Shown here piece after piece: positions 1-8,245 of a stretch of DNA of 64,000 bases. Both the position numbers and the translations under genes were made by a program. The stretch comes from Kiritimatiellia bacterium (GTDB lineage Bacteria > Verrucomicrobiota > Kiritimatiellia > RFP12 > UBA1067). Within the stretch, counting starts at the first letter, position 1, and each line of letters begins with the position of its first letter. The DNA is taken from assembly GCA_050949565.1 (NCBI GenBank), contig JBMNFY010000017.1:1568001-1632000 (forward strand), in the 5' to 3' direction. The notes beneath the pieces were generated by a model. That model was given only the letters and a program-made list of their open reading frames with translations. It did not search any database and was not told the DNA's origin.

Positions 1-2
1 AA

Positions 3-2963
3 ACCGCGTTCCTGCCGCATCAAGCCCCAGACACAACTTTTACCTTCTACGTGGACCGTGAGGTTGATTTGGTCGTCGAGGGCGCGCCCGATCGATACGG
101 TACGGTGACGCCGCCCTACGGCACCAACATCATGATCGCCTCGGTCGCATTCACCGCATCAGCGCCGGAGACCATGCCAGTCTCCACTGGCGTCCGCCGC
201 GCTTGTGACGGCTGGACCGGCGATGGCGACGTCCCCGAACACGGCTCGGAAAACTCGGTCGCGCTCACGCTCACTCAGCCCAGCACCCTCACCTGGCAGT
301 GGGCCACCGAATACGCTCTGACTTGCCGCTACCGCCTAGCCGACACTGGACGGGTTTTGGACGAGACCGTCTCCTGGTACCGCGCCGACAGTAACGCAAC
401 GACCGAAACCGCGCAGGAACTCGAAGTCGTCGGCGACACCCTCTACGCATTCTGCGGCTGGAGCGTCGACGGCGAACGCTGGCCGGATGCCGCCTCCACC
501 TCGCCGAATCCCGCCGCCGACATCCCGATGCACGCACCGCGCCTCGCCCAAGGCGACTACCTGCCCTACCATCTGGATACCGACAACGACGGCCTGAACG
601 ATTGGTGGGAACTGCGCTATTTCGGACTGACCACCAACAATACCCACGCCGCCTCCGATGACTCGGACAATGACACTTGGACTAACCTTGAGGAGTTTCT
701 GGACAACACCGACCCGAATGACCCGCAAAGCGTCCCCGTGCCGCCAGAGATCACCTTCGTGCCGCTCGCTCCGTTCCAAGCGGTACGTTCCCCTTGGACG
801 GTGACAGCCACCGTAACGGACAACCTGAACGTCGAGGAGGTCTATCTGGTCTGGCGCGAGAGCGGTGACACTGACTGGACCTTCACCCCCATGGTCTGGA
901 CCGACTTCGACACCTTTCAGGCCGAGCTGGCGCCACCCTCGCACGGTGCGAGGCGGATCGATTACTACGTGTATGCCGCCGACCTACTCGGATACCGTTT
1001 CCCTGAACACGCCTCGGTCACTCCCGTCTACAGTGTGATCGGCGATTATCCGCATCCCTGGCTCTCGGTCACTCCGAATGGGTTTGAACCTTTCGAATTG
1101 TCAGAGGCACCCACCAATCCTCCTCTTTCCATCGCTAACCTGGCCGGTCCCGATCTGGTCTGGACCGCTCGTCTGGCTGTGGCCGCCGCGCCTTTCTTGG
1201 GCACCAACGGCTGGACGCACAGCGGTACGCACGATGTCTGGGGCACCACCACCAACCGCACGTGGAACGGCGACGCCGTCTGGTACTGCGGCAACTCCTC
1301 GTCGCGCACCTATCCCAACGCTTGCCACGCTTGGCTCGACACGCCGCCGTTCACGGTCGGCAGCGGCGGTGGCCTGCTTTTCCGGCAGTGGATCCGCACG
1401 GAGTACGATGGCGCCACGCGTTATTGGGACGGCGCAGTGCTACGCATCTCGACCGACGGCGGTGCGACCTTCTCCCTGATCGAACCAGTCGGCGGCTACC
1501 CCTTTGAAATCTCCGCCAACCCCGACTCGCCCTTCGCGCCCGGCCATCCCTGCCTGGCGGGTGACGGCCAAGGCTGGGAAACTGTCCTGCTCGACCTCGC
1601 CGATTACGCTGGTCAGAGCGTGATCGTGCGTTTTGAATTCGGCTCTGACCTCTACGTAGTCAGCGAAGGGTGGTACATCGCCAACGTCACGCCTTTCGCC
1701 TGCGACACACCCGCGCCCGCCTGGCTGAAGGCTCCTGGCCCTTGGGGCGGGACTCTGGCCGACACCTGGTCCGTGCCGCTCGGACTGACGCTCGACCCCG
1801 CCGGACTTGACTACCACGAGGAAGACATCGCCTGCATCCGCGTCGAAAGCAACGACCCCACGTCGGCGCCACTGATCCCGCTGACGGTGCGCCGCGGCCA
1901 CCGGCTCCACCTGACCGCGCACGGGCCCGGCACGGCCACGGCCGACCGCACCTTCCTCTTCGGTACCGCCAGTGCCACCGTCACCCTCGCCGCCGACCCC
2001 GGCCACTACCTTTACAGCCTGATGCTCGATGGCGTGCCGCAGCCCGGCGTGTACGATTACGCAACGGAAAACCGCATCTTGACCTTTGATGATGTCACGC
2101 AGGATCACTACTTGGATGCCTGGTTCACAATCAAGCTCTGGACCCTCAACGTGGTCTCGCCCTATAACACCGCATCGCCGGCGGCAGGCACATACACCTT
2201 CCCGAATGGCACGGTCATCACCGCGTCGATCGATGATCCGGTCGTACCGCTGGAAGAGACCGTGCGCCTCCAATGCTCGCACTGGGAATTGACCGGCCAC
2301 ACGCCCACCAGCGGCATCCCGCCGCAGATGAGCTTCGCGATCACCAACCACGCAACCCTGACGTGGCGCTGGAAGTACGCCTTCCGTCTGCTCGCCCACG
2401 CCGGTCCCGGCGGCACGGTCGCTCCGGCTAATAGCTGGCACTTGGTCGGCTCGACCGCCTGCGTGACCGCCACCCCCGCCGCGTACTATCACTTCGACGC
2501 CTGGTCCGGCAACCTTACCGACACCACGGCCGACGGCCCGCGCCTGACGGCCCTCATCAACGCGCCGCGTACGGTCTCCGCTGCGTTCGCCCCTAACCTG
2601 ACCCCGACGCACGGTGTTCCAGAGTACTGGCTGGCGCAGTACGGCTTGGGCGACGATTTCGATGCCGCCGCCGCGACCGACAGCGATGAAGACGGCATGC
2701 CGGCCTGGGCCGAGTGGCGTGCGGACACCGACCCCACCAACGCCCTCTCGCGTTTGGTGGTCACCGCCCTCGCGCCGCAACCCGACGGGTGGTCACTGAC
2801 TTGGATCGGCGGTCAGAACCGTACGCAGCGCATCGAACGCGCCGACACGCCCGCCGGCCCTTGGAGCGCGTTCTACACCAATCTCCCGCCCACGGCGGTT
2901 ACTAACACCCTCCTCCTGCCCGCCGCCGCCCCTGCCGGCTTCTACCGCATCGCGGTGCCGTAG
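3..2963 (+). CDS. Large secreted/surface protein (5'-truncated) with InlB B-repeat-like domains, TSP3-like Ca-binding repeats and an immune-inhibitor-A/MAM-like beta-sandwich
   Basis: Frame is open from the window start. DTDNDGLNDWWE, DSDNDTWTNLEEF and DSDEDGMPAWAE motifs; DGAVLRISTDGGATF...GWYI segment; C-terminus GFYRIAVP. Confidence 0.75.
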   Translation, partial: TAFLPHQAPDTTFTFYVDREVDLVVEGAPDRYGTVTPPYGTNIMIASVAFTASAPETMPVSTGVRRACDGWTGDGDVPEHGSENSVALTLTQPSTLTWQWATEYALTCRYRLADTGRVLDETVSWYRADSNATTETAQELEVVGDTLYAFCGWSVDGERWPDAASTSPNPAADIPMHAPRLAQGDYLPYHLDTDNDGLNDWWELRYFGLTTNNTHAASDDSDNDTWTNLEEFLDNTDPNDPQSVPVPPEITFVPLAPFQAVRSPWTVTATVTDNLNVEEVYLVWRESGDTDWTFTPMVWTDFDTFQAELAPPSHGARRIDYYVYAADLLGYRFPEHASVTPVYSVIGDYPHPWLSVTPNGFEPFELSEAPTNPPLSIANLAGPDLVWTARLAVAAAPFLGTNGWTHSGTHDVWGTTTNRTWNGDAVWYCGNSSSRTYPNACHAWLDTPPFTVGSGGGLLFRQWIRTEYDGATRYWDGAVLRISTDGGATFSLIEPVGGYPFEISANPDSPFAPGHPCLAGDGQGWETVLLDLADYAGQSVIVRFEFGSDLYVVSEGWYIANVTPFACDTPAPAWLKAPGPWGGTLADTWSVPLGLTLDPAGLDYHEEDIACIRVESNDPTSAPLIPLTVRRGHRLHLTAHGPGTATADRTFLFGTASATVTLAADPGHYLYSLMLDGVPQPGVYDYATENRILTFDDVTQDHYLDAWFTIKLWTLNVVSPYNTASPAAGTYTFPNGTVITASIDDPVVPLEETVRLQCSHWELTGHTPTSGIPPQMSFAITNHATLTWRWKYAFRLLAHAGPGGTVAPANSWHLVGSTACVTATPAAYYHFDAWSGNLTDTTADGPRLTALINAPRTVSAAFAPNLTPTHGVPEYWLAQYGLGDDFDAAAATDSDEDGMPAWAEWRADTDPTNALSRLVVTALAPQPDGWSLTWIGGQNRTQRIERADTPAGPWSAFYTNLPPTAVTNTLLLPAAAPAGFYRIAVP

Positions 2964-3029
2964 GGTGAGTGCCGATTGGAGACGACAAAGGGACAGGTAT
3001 TTAGACCACACAACGACGCGTGTAAAGAT

Positions 3030-3083
3030 GGCGGCGTGACCGCCGCCGGTCAAGCAGACGCTTGACCCTCCCGGTGTTTCGCG
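3030..3083. repeat. REP-like composite palindrome
   Basis: GGCGGC-gtgacc-GCCGCC hairpin plus GGTCAAGC-agac-GCTTGACC-CTCCC; related copies at ~21620, 42669, 44818, 50815, 50947 and 53049. Confidence 0.8.
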
Positions 3084-3095
3084 AGACCAGACCGC

Positions 3096-3187
3096 ATTTG
3101 GGACAAATGAGGGAATGGATTTGGGACAAATGAGGGAATGGATTTGGGACAAATGAGGGAACAGAATTGGGACAAATGAGGGAGCGG
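3096..3187 (+). repeat. 4 x 23-bp tandem direct repeat (ATTTGGGACAAATGAGGGAATGG)
   Basis: Units start at 3096, 3119, 3142 and 3165; invariant core TTGGGACAAATGAGGGA. Confidence 0.95.
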
Positions 3188-3189
3188 TC

Positions 3190-3218
3190 TTGTTTTCGAT
3201 GGATCGTTCTGCTAAGAT
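3190..3218 (+). promoter_or_regulatory. Putative sigma70 promoter for a leaderless ATPase transcript
   Basis: TTGTTT (3190-3195), 17 bp, TGc-TAAGAT (3210-3218); ATG at 3226 with no Shine-Dalgarno. Confidence 0.55.
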
Positions 3219-3225
3219 TTTTCGC

Positions 3226-4503
3226 ATGAAAGCATACAAGGCGCGTGTAGTCGATTCACTTCTTCAACGCAAACTTGAAGGGACAGGGGCCGTCCTAATC
3301 GAGGGGCCTAAGTGGTGTGGAAAGACAACAACCGCTGAACAGGTCGCTCAGAGCGTCATCTACATGGCAGAGCCCCAGAAGCGAGACGACAACATCGCCA
3401 TGGCGCGGATGGATCCAAGACGCATCCTGTCGGGTGCCCATCCGCGACTGATTGACGAATGGCAAATTGCTCCTGTCCTCTGGGATGCCGTCCGGCACGA
3501 TGTGGACCACGCGGAAAATCTCGGCCGTTTCATCCTCACCGGATCCTCCGTCCCGGCAAACGAAGATGAAATCAAGCATTCGGGCACGGGCCGGTTTTCC
3601 TGGCTCAAAATGCGCCCCATGTCGCTATGGGAGTCCGAAGAATCCTCCGGCGAGATTTCCCTTCACGAATTGTTCTCCGGCGCGGACGTCCAGACCGCTT
3701 CAGCAAAGTCGTTTGAATTAGAAGAGATCGCCCGAATCGTCTGCCGCGGAGGGTGGCCACAAGCCATCTCTCTTCCCGGAAATGCCGCCCTTGATCAGGC
3801 CTACAATTATGTCGATGCGGTAGCAAAGAAGGACATTTCGCGCGTTGACGGCACCACACGCGACGAGGATCGGGCGCGTCGTTTGATGCGATCATATGCT
3901 CGACTCCAGGGCACGCAGGCATCCGCGAGTGTCATCAGGGAAGATCTGTCCACGAATGAAATGACGTCCATTGACAACGGTACCATCTACTCCTACCTCA
4001 ATGCCTTGAAGCGTTTGTTCGTTGTAGAGGACATGCCTGCCTGGAACCCCAATCTTCGTGCGAAAGATTCCATCCGAACTTCCGATGCGCGCTACTTTGT
4101 CGATCCGTCGATTGCTGCGGCCGCCTTGGAAATCGGCCCGGAAGACTTGATGAACGACCTCACGACGTTCGGCCTCTTGTTTGAGACGATGGCTATTCGC
4201 GACTTGAGAGTCTACGCCGACGCCCTCGGCGGAACGGTACGCCATTATCGCGACCGTCACGGACTGGAATGCGATGCCGTGATACATTTGCGCAATGGTG
4301 CTTACGGCCTGATCGAAATCAAACTCGGAGGCGACAAGTTGCTTCAGGCGGGAACAGAAACACTGACAAAACTTGCGCGCCTGATTGATTCCAAAAAGGT
4401 CCGAAAACCGGCCTTTCAAATGCTCCTGACCGCCGTGGGAAGTTTTGCCTATCGGCGCGACGACGGCATCCTCGTCTGCCCCCTGTCGGCACTCCGCCCT
4501 TAG
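3226..4503 (+). CDS. AAA_14 + DUF4143 ATP-binding protein (COG1373-like) with C-terminal PD-(D/E)XK-like motif
   Basis: Walker A GPKWCGKTT, Walker B LIDEWQ, FILTGS, HSGTGR, MRPMSL; C-terminal ECDAV...LIEIK. Start taken at ATG 3226 (MKAYKARVVD). Confidence 0.9.
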   Translation: MKAYKARVVDSLLQRKLEGTGAVLIEGPKWCGKTTTAEQVAQSVIYMAEPQKRDDNIAMARMDPRRILSGAHPRLIDEWQIAPVLWDAVRHDVDHAENLGRFILTGSSVPANEDEIKHSGTGRFSWLKMRPMSLWESEESSGEISLHELFSGADVQTASAKSFELEEIARIVCRGGWPQAISLPGNAALDQAYNYVDAVAKKDISRVDGTTRDEDRARRLMRSYARLQGTQASASVIREDLSTNEMTSIDNGTIYSYLNALKRLFVVEDMPAWNPNLRAKDSIRTSDARYFVDPSIAAAALEIGPEDLMNDLTTFGLLFETMAIRDLRVYADALGGTVRHYRDRHGLECDAVIHLRNGAYGLIEIKLGGDKLLQAGTETLTKLARLIDSKKVRKPAFQMLLTAVGSFAYRRDDGILVCPLSALRP

Positions 4504-4507
4504 GAAT

Positions 4508-5137
4508 TCAGCGCTTCAGCCGCTCGCGCGCCACATCCCGTATGGGGCGGCCGCCGAGTTCGAGATCCTCGATCACCCCCAGTCCGCGCCAAACGCGCAC
4601 CACGGCCACGCCCCCTTGCTTGTCGCGTCTGCTGGCCCACTCCGCCTCTGGTGCCAGCTTTTCTTCCATGTAGAAGCGATCAAAGGGCCATGCAAAGCAG
4701 ACATGGTATCGGCCCGTTGGCACATACCGTGTGTCCTGAAAGTGCCCTGCCCGTGCGACATCGTTGGTGCCGACGGGAAGCTGACGATACTCCTCCCGGC
4801 AGGACAAGACGCGCGTTCGAATGTAGATCTCCTCCGGTTCGGGGCGTGTCGTCAGACGCGCAATCACGTTGTAGCCGTTGGTCCCCTCGCCGATGACCGC
4901 ATAAATGCGTTGTCCGCGTACATACTCGCAATCACATAACCATCTTTTGTTTTCCGCGAAGTTCAATGCCACGTAGCGGCCACGAAAAGCGTCGTAAGGA
5001 TCGACCGGTGCCGTAAGGAAACGGCAGACCACGCCGTTACGCAGCGTCATTTCACGCCGGGCAATCATAAGGCCCATGACACTGAACTGCGCCGCCAAAC
5101 CGATGAGTGCGATGATGAGCAACGAACGCCGGTTCAT
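4508..5137 (-). CDS. GDYXXLXY-family membrane-anchored protein
   Basis: N-terminal TM helix, APVDPYDAFRGRYVAL motif, DRFYMEE; overlaps the upstream DUF2157 gene, its usual partner. Confidence 0.8.
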   Translation of the reverse strand: MNRRSLLIIALIGLAAQFSVMGLMIARREMTLRNGVVCRFLTAPVDPYDAFRGRYVALNFAENKRWLCDCEYVRGQRIYAVIGEGTNGYNVIARLTTRPEPEEIYIRTRVLSCREEYRQLPVGTNDVARAGHFQDTRYVPTGRYHVCFAWPFDRFYMEEKLAPEAEWASRRDKQGGVAVVRVWRGLGVIEDLELGGRPIRDVARERLKR

Positions 5138-6486
5138 GCCGCGCCTCCCTTCTGTTTCATACGGCGCGAAACCACCAGATTGGCCCCCAGAAACACAACG
5201 CCGCAGATGATGAACACCACGCCTTTGGCCGTAAAACTGGCGTCGCTGCTGAAGAACCTGCCGATAATCACAGCCAGCAATACCAGCACCCCTACGTTGA
5301 TCGTGCCGGGGCGGCGTTTAGCCAGGCCTTCTCCCAATGTGGCCAAGCCCAGTCCGGCCAGATAAAAAGTCATGAGCAGCGCCGACAGTTGGTCGTTCCC
5401 GCCGTAGGCGGCAAGAGCATAGGCGATGGCCGTCATGAAGGGCGCGACACCCCACAATGCCCAAGCCGGCAGTAGCGGCACGCTGTGCCAGTTGCGTCTC
5501 GGTACACGCCTGAAGGCCAGCACCAGCAGGAAGGCGGCCGTTACCGGCAGTGCGATGGCGAGGCTAAAATCAAAAAATGTCGCCCATCGATGGCAGAAGG
5601 CATCCGTGCGCCAATAGTTCCACCCGATCTCTTTCCACGGCCACCGAAAGATCAGCAGGTAAAGCACCACGGCCAGACCACCGCCGCCGAGCGTCCGCAA
5701 CGGGTTATGCCACCACCCGCGTTCATCGCTATCGCGCACCTCACCCCCCAGCAGCAGCGCGGCGAATGCTCCCGTGTAGACAATCATCCAGAGCCCCGGC
5801 AGACTCTTCTCCAGCGTAATACCTAGTGCCGCCGTGCAGCAGAGGGCTGCGGTCCACAGCATCCATGTCGAACGCACCTCCGCATTGGGCTCGCACCGCA
5901 CGCTATAGATCAACGGCACGATGATCGCAGCCAGAGGCCAGTACCAGAGCCCCACACCGCCCGCTAATTGCGACATCGAGACCCAAGTCAGCAGGCCGGC
6001 GAAGTACCCCGCGACTGGTGCGAGCGCGCGGGTCGCGTAGCACACCGGAATCAACAGCAGGGTCCAGACTAGCGTGAAAGCTTTGGCATCTTGTGGCAGA
6101 TGGTAGGTCTGTCCGATCAACGCTACGCCCACACCGATGGCCAATCCCCAAAAGAGTCCCAGCGGCTCTAGGAAGGCGCGCGAACTCCATCCACGCCGAT
6201 ATCCCGCCACGTAGAGCACGGCGCACGTGCACAGCGGCATAAACGCGATGATGGTCCGCACCGGTCGCCCAAGGTCACTCCAGTTAGCCGCCAAGAGGGC
6301 AATAATGCCCAACCCCACCAGTAGTGCACCCAGCGAGCCGAAAATAATCCGTCCCCAAGGCGTCTCATTCGCTACCGCCAGCGCATAGCGCGTCCGTAAC
6401 CGCGTCGCAGTCGCCGTGTCAACGACACCTTCACGTTCCCAAGCATCAACTTCGCGTATCAACCATTTGACTTTGCTGGATGTCAC
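5134..6486 (-). CDS. DUF2157-family multi-pass membrane protein
   Basis: W..EGVVD...LRTRY; LGALLVGLGIIALLAANW; ALIGQTYHL; many TM helices. Confidence 0.85.
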   Translation of the reverse strand: MTSSKVKWLIREVDAWEREGVVDTATATRLRTRYALAVANETPWGRIIFGSLGALLVGLGIIALLAANWSDLGRPVRTIIAFMPLCTCAVLYVAGYRRGWSSRAFLEPLGLFWGLAIGVGVALIGQTYHLPQDAKAFTLVWTLLLIPVCYATRALAPVAGYFAGLLTWVSMSQLAGGVGLWYWPLAAIIVPLIYSVRCEPNAEVRSTWMLWTAALCCTAALGITLEKSLPGLWMIVYTGAFAALLLGGEVRDSDERGWWHNPLRTLGGGGLAVVLYLLIFRWPWKEIGWNYWRTDAFCHRWATFFDFSLAIALPVTAAFLLVLAFRRVPRRNWHSVPLLPAWALWGVAPFMTAIAYALAAYGGNDQLSALLMTFYLAGLGLATLGEGLAKRRPGTINVGVLVLLAVIIGRFFSSDASFTAKGVVFIICGVVFLGANLVVSRRMKQKGGAA

Positions 6487-6572
6487 GAGTCACTCCTTGC
6501 TTGTCATGCAGGTAGGGTATCCCGCTGACCGTTCACAGTCAATCTGATTCGTTTGCGATTTAGCTTTCAAAA

Positions 6573-6605
6573 CTAACCCGAAGCTAACACAATGCAAACG
6601 TTTCT
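6573..6605 (+). promoter_or_regulatory. Candidate Pho-box-like 11-bp-period direct repeats upstream of ppx-ppk1
   Basis: CTAAC (6573), CTAAC (6584), CAAAC (6595) at exact 11-bp spacing. Confidence 0.35.
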
Positions 6606-6631
6606 GAAGTAACATTACTCGCACACACACG

Positions 6632-8227
6632 ATGAAAAAGAACAGCAACACAGTGGAAGAGGCGGTGGTACCGACCACGATCGCCGTCATTGACATAGGC
6701 GCGACCTTCATACGGATGTTGATCGCGGAGAAGCGCGACACCAAGGAGGCGTATATCCTCGAGAAGACCGTGCAGTCGGTGCCCATAGGGCGCGATATCA
6801 TCGCCTCGCGCAGAATATCGAACGCCACCGTGGAACAATGCGCACAGATCCTCAAATCGTTCCGCAAGCTGCTCGACGAGTACGGCATCCCGTTGGAGTC
6901 GGTCACCGCTGTGGCTACGCCGACGCTGAACATGGCCGACAACAGCGCGGTCTTCCTCGACAGGCTGGCGAACACCTCGCACATCGCTTTCCGTCTGCTT
7001 GATCCGGGACAGATCGGCTACTACTACCATCTGGCGTTCCGCAGGCTTGGCAAGGGCAAGGGCGGAAGCAACCACGACAAGGGAGAAGCCGTGGTACTCG
7101 AAATCGGTGGCCTGACCTGTAGCATGCTGTGCCGTAAGGAAGGCGAGATCCGCTTCGTGCAGACATACAGCCTGGGCTCGCTACGGATGCGTCAGCAGAT
7201 GGAGCAGGGCGACTTCCGTCCGCAGCAACTCATCGCGCTTGCCGATGGACGAACGCATGAGATCGCAGAGCAACTGCGCAACAACGTGGATGACATCAAA
7301 TCCTTCAAGCTGTTCCTGATGGGGCGCGAGATGCGCTTCGCGGGCGCACGCCTACGTCCCAGCCCAAACAACGCTGTCGAACTTGATCCGACCGCCGGTG
7401 TAATCTCGGTCACCGTGGATGAACTTAGTGCATTGCTCAAGCAGATCGAGAATTCGTCCACGGAGGAGATTGTGCGTGAGTGGCGCGTCTCCTACGCAGA
7501 CGCCGAGCTGATCGCGCCGGCGCTGAGCATCGCCATATCTGCGGCGCGCGCCGTGTCGATCAAATCGGTCTACATCAGCAGCCTCTCCTTCTGCCACGGA
7601 CTCCTCGAAGAGGCCGTGGACGGCACGCTGTGGACCAACACCATGCGCAAGCATGTGCTGCGCGTCGCCAGAGCCACAGGCAGAAAATATCAACATGACG
7701 TCAACCATGCGGAGCAAGTGGCGAAGCTCTCGCTCCAACTCTTTGACCTGCTACAAGAGGAGCACGGCTGCACGCAACGCCATCGCCTGATCCTTGAGGT
7801 CGCCGCGTTGCTGCACGACATCGGCGCATTCGTGAGCGCGAATTCCCACCACATCCACACGATGTACCTGATCCGCAACACCGAGTTCGCGGGCCTCTCC
7901 TCGGAAGAGATCGAACTCATCGCCGTTGTCGCGCGCTACCACCGTAAGTCCATGCCGAAGGCCAGCCATCCGGAGTACGCCGCACTCTCGCCTGAGGACA
8001 GGCTGGTTGTCAGCAAGCTCGCCGCCATATTGCGCGTCGCCGACGCGCTTGACCGCGTACACGATCAGAGCCTCGGCAAAATCAAGTTCAAACTCAGCGA
8101 GACATCACTCGTCTGTATCCCGTCGCGCCGCGTGGCGACCAGTGCGGAACAGGTGGCCCTTTCTGAGAAGGGCGATCTTTTCGAGGTGATGTACGGACGC
8201 CACTGCTACCTTTACGATCCGGAATAA
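6632..8227 (+). CDS. ppx: Ppx/GppA-family protein with C-terminal HD domain (catalytic motifs degenerate)
   Basis: IAVIDIG, EIGG, SLGSLR; HD domain LLHDIG...RYHRK...ADALD; adjacent to ppk1. Confidence 0.85.
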   Translation: MKKNSNTVEEAVVPTTIAVIDIGATFIRMLIAEKRDTKEAYILEKTVQSVPIGRDIIASRRISNATVEQCAQILKSFRKLLDEYGIPLESVTAVATPTLNMADNSAVFLDRLANTSHIAFRLLDPGQIGYYYHLAFRRLGKGKGGSNHDKGEAVVLEIGGLTCSMLCRKEGEIRFVQTYSLGSLRMRQQMEQGDFRPQQLIALADGRTHEIAEQLRNNVDDIKSFKLFLMGREMRFAGARLRPSPNNAVELDPTAGVISVTVDELSALLKQIENSSTEEIVREWRVSYADAELIAPALSIAISAARAVSIKSVYISSLSFCHGLLEEAVDGTLWTNTMRKHVLRVARATGRKYQHDVNHAEQVAKLSLQLFDLLQEEHGCTQRHRLILEVAALLHDIGAFVSANSHHIHTMYLIRNTEFAGLSSEEIELIAVVARYHRKSMPKASHPEYAALSPEDRLVVSKLAAILRVADALDRVHDQSLGKIKFKLSETSLVCIPSRRVATSAEQVALSEKGDLFEVMYGRHCYLYDPE

Positions 8228-8245
8228 TCCAAACGGTGCCATGCG

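Noticed and set aside
3096-3187. CRISPR or guide-RNA array
   Set aside because: The variable part is only about 6 bp and nearly identical between units, too short for spacers.
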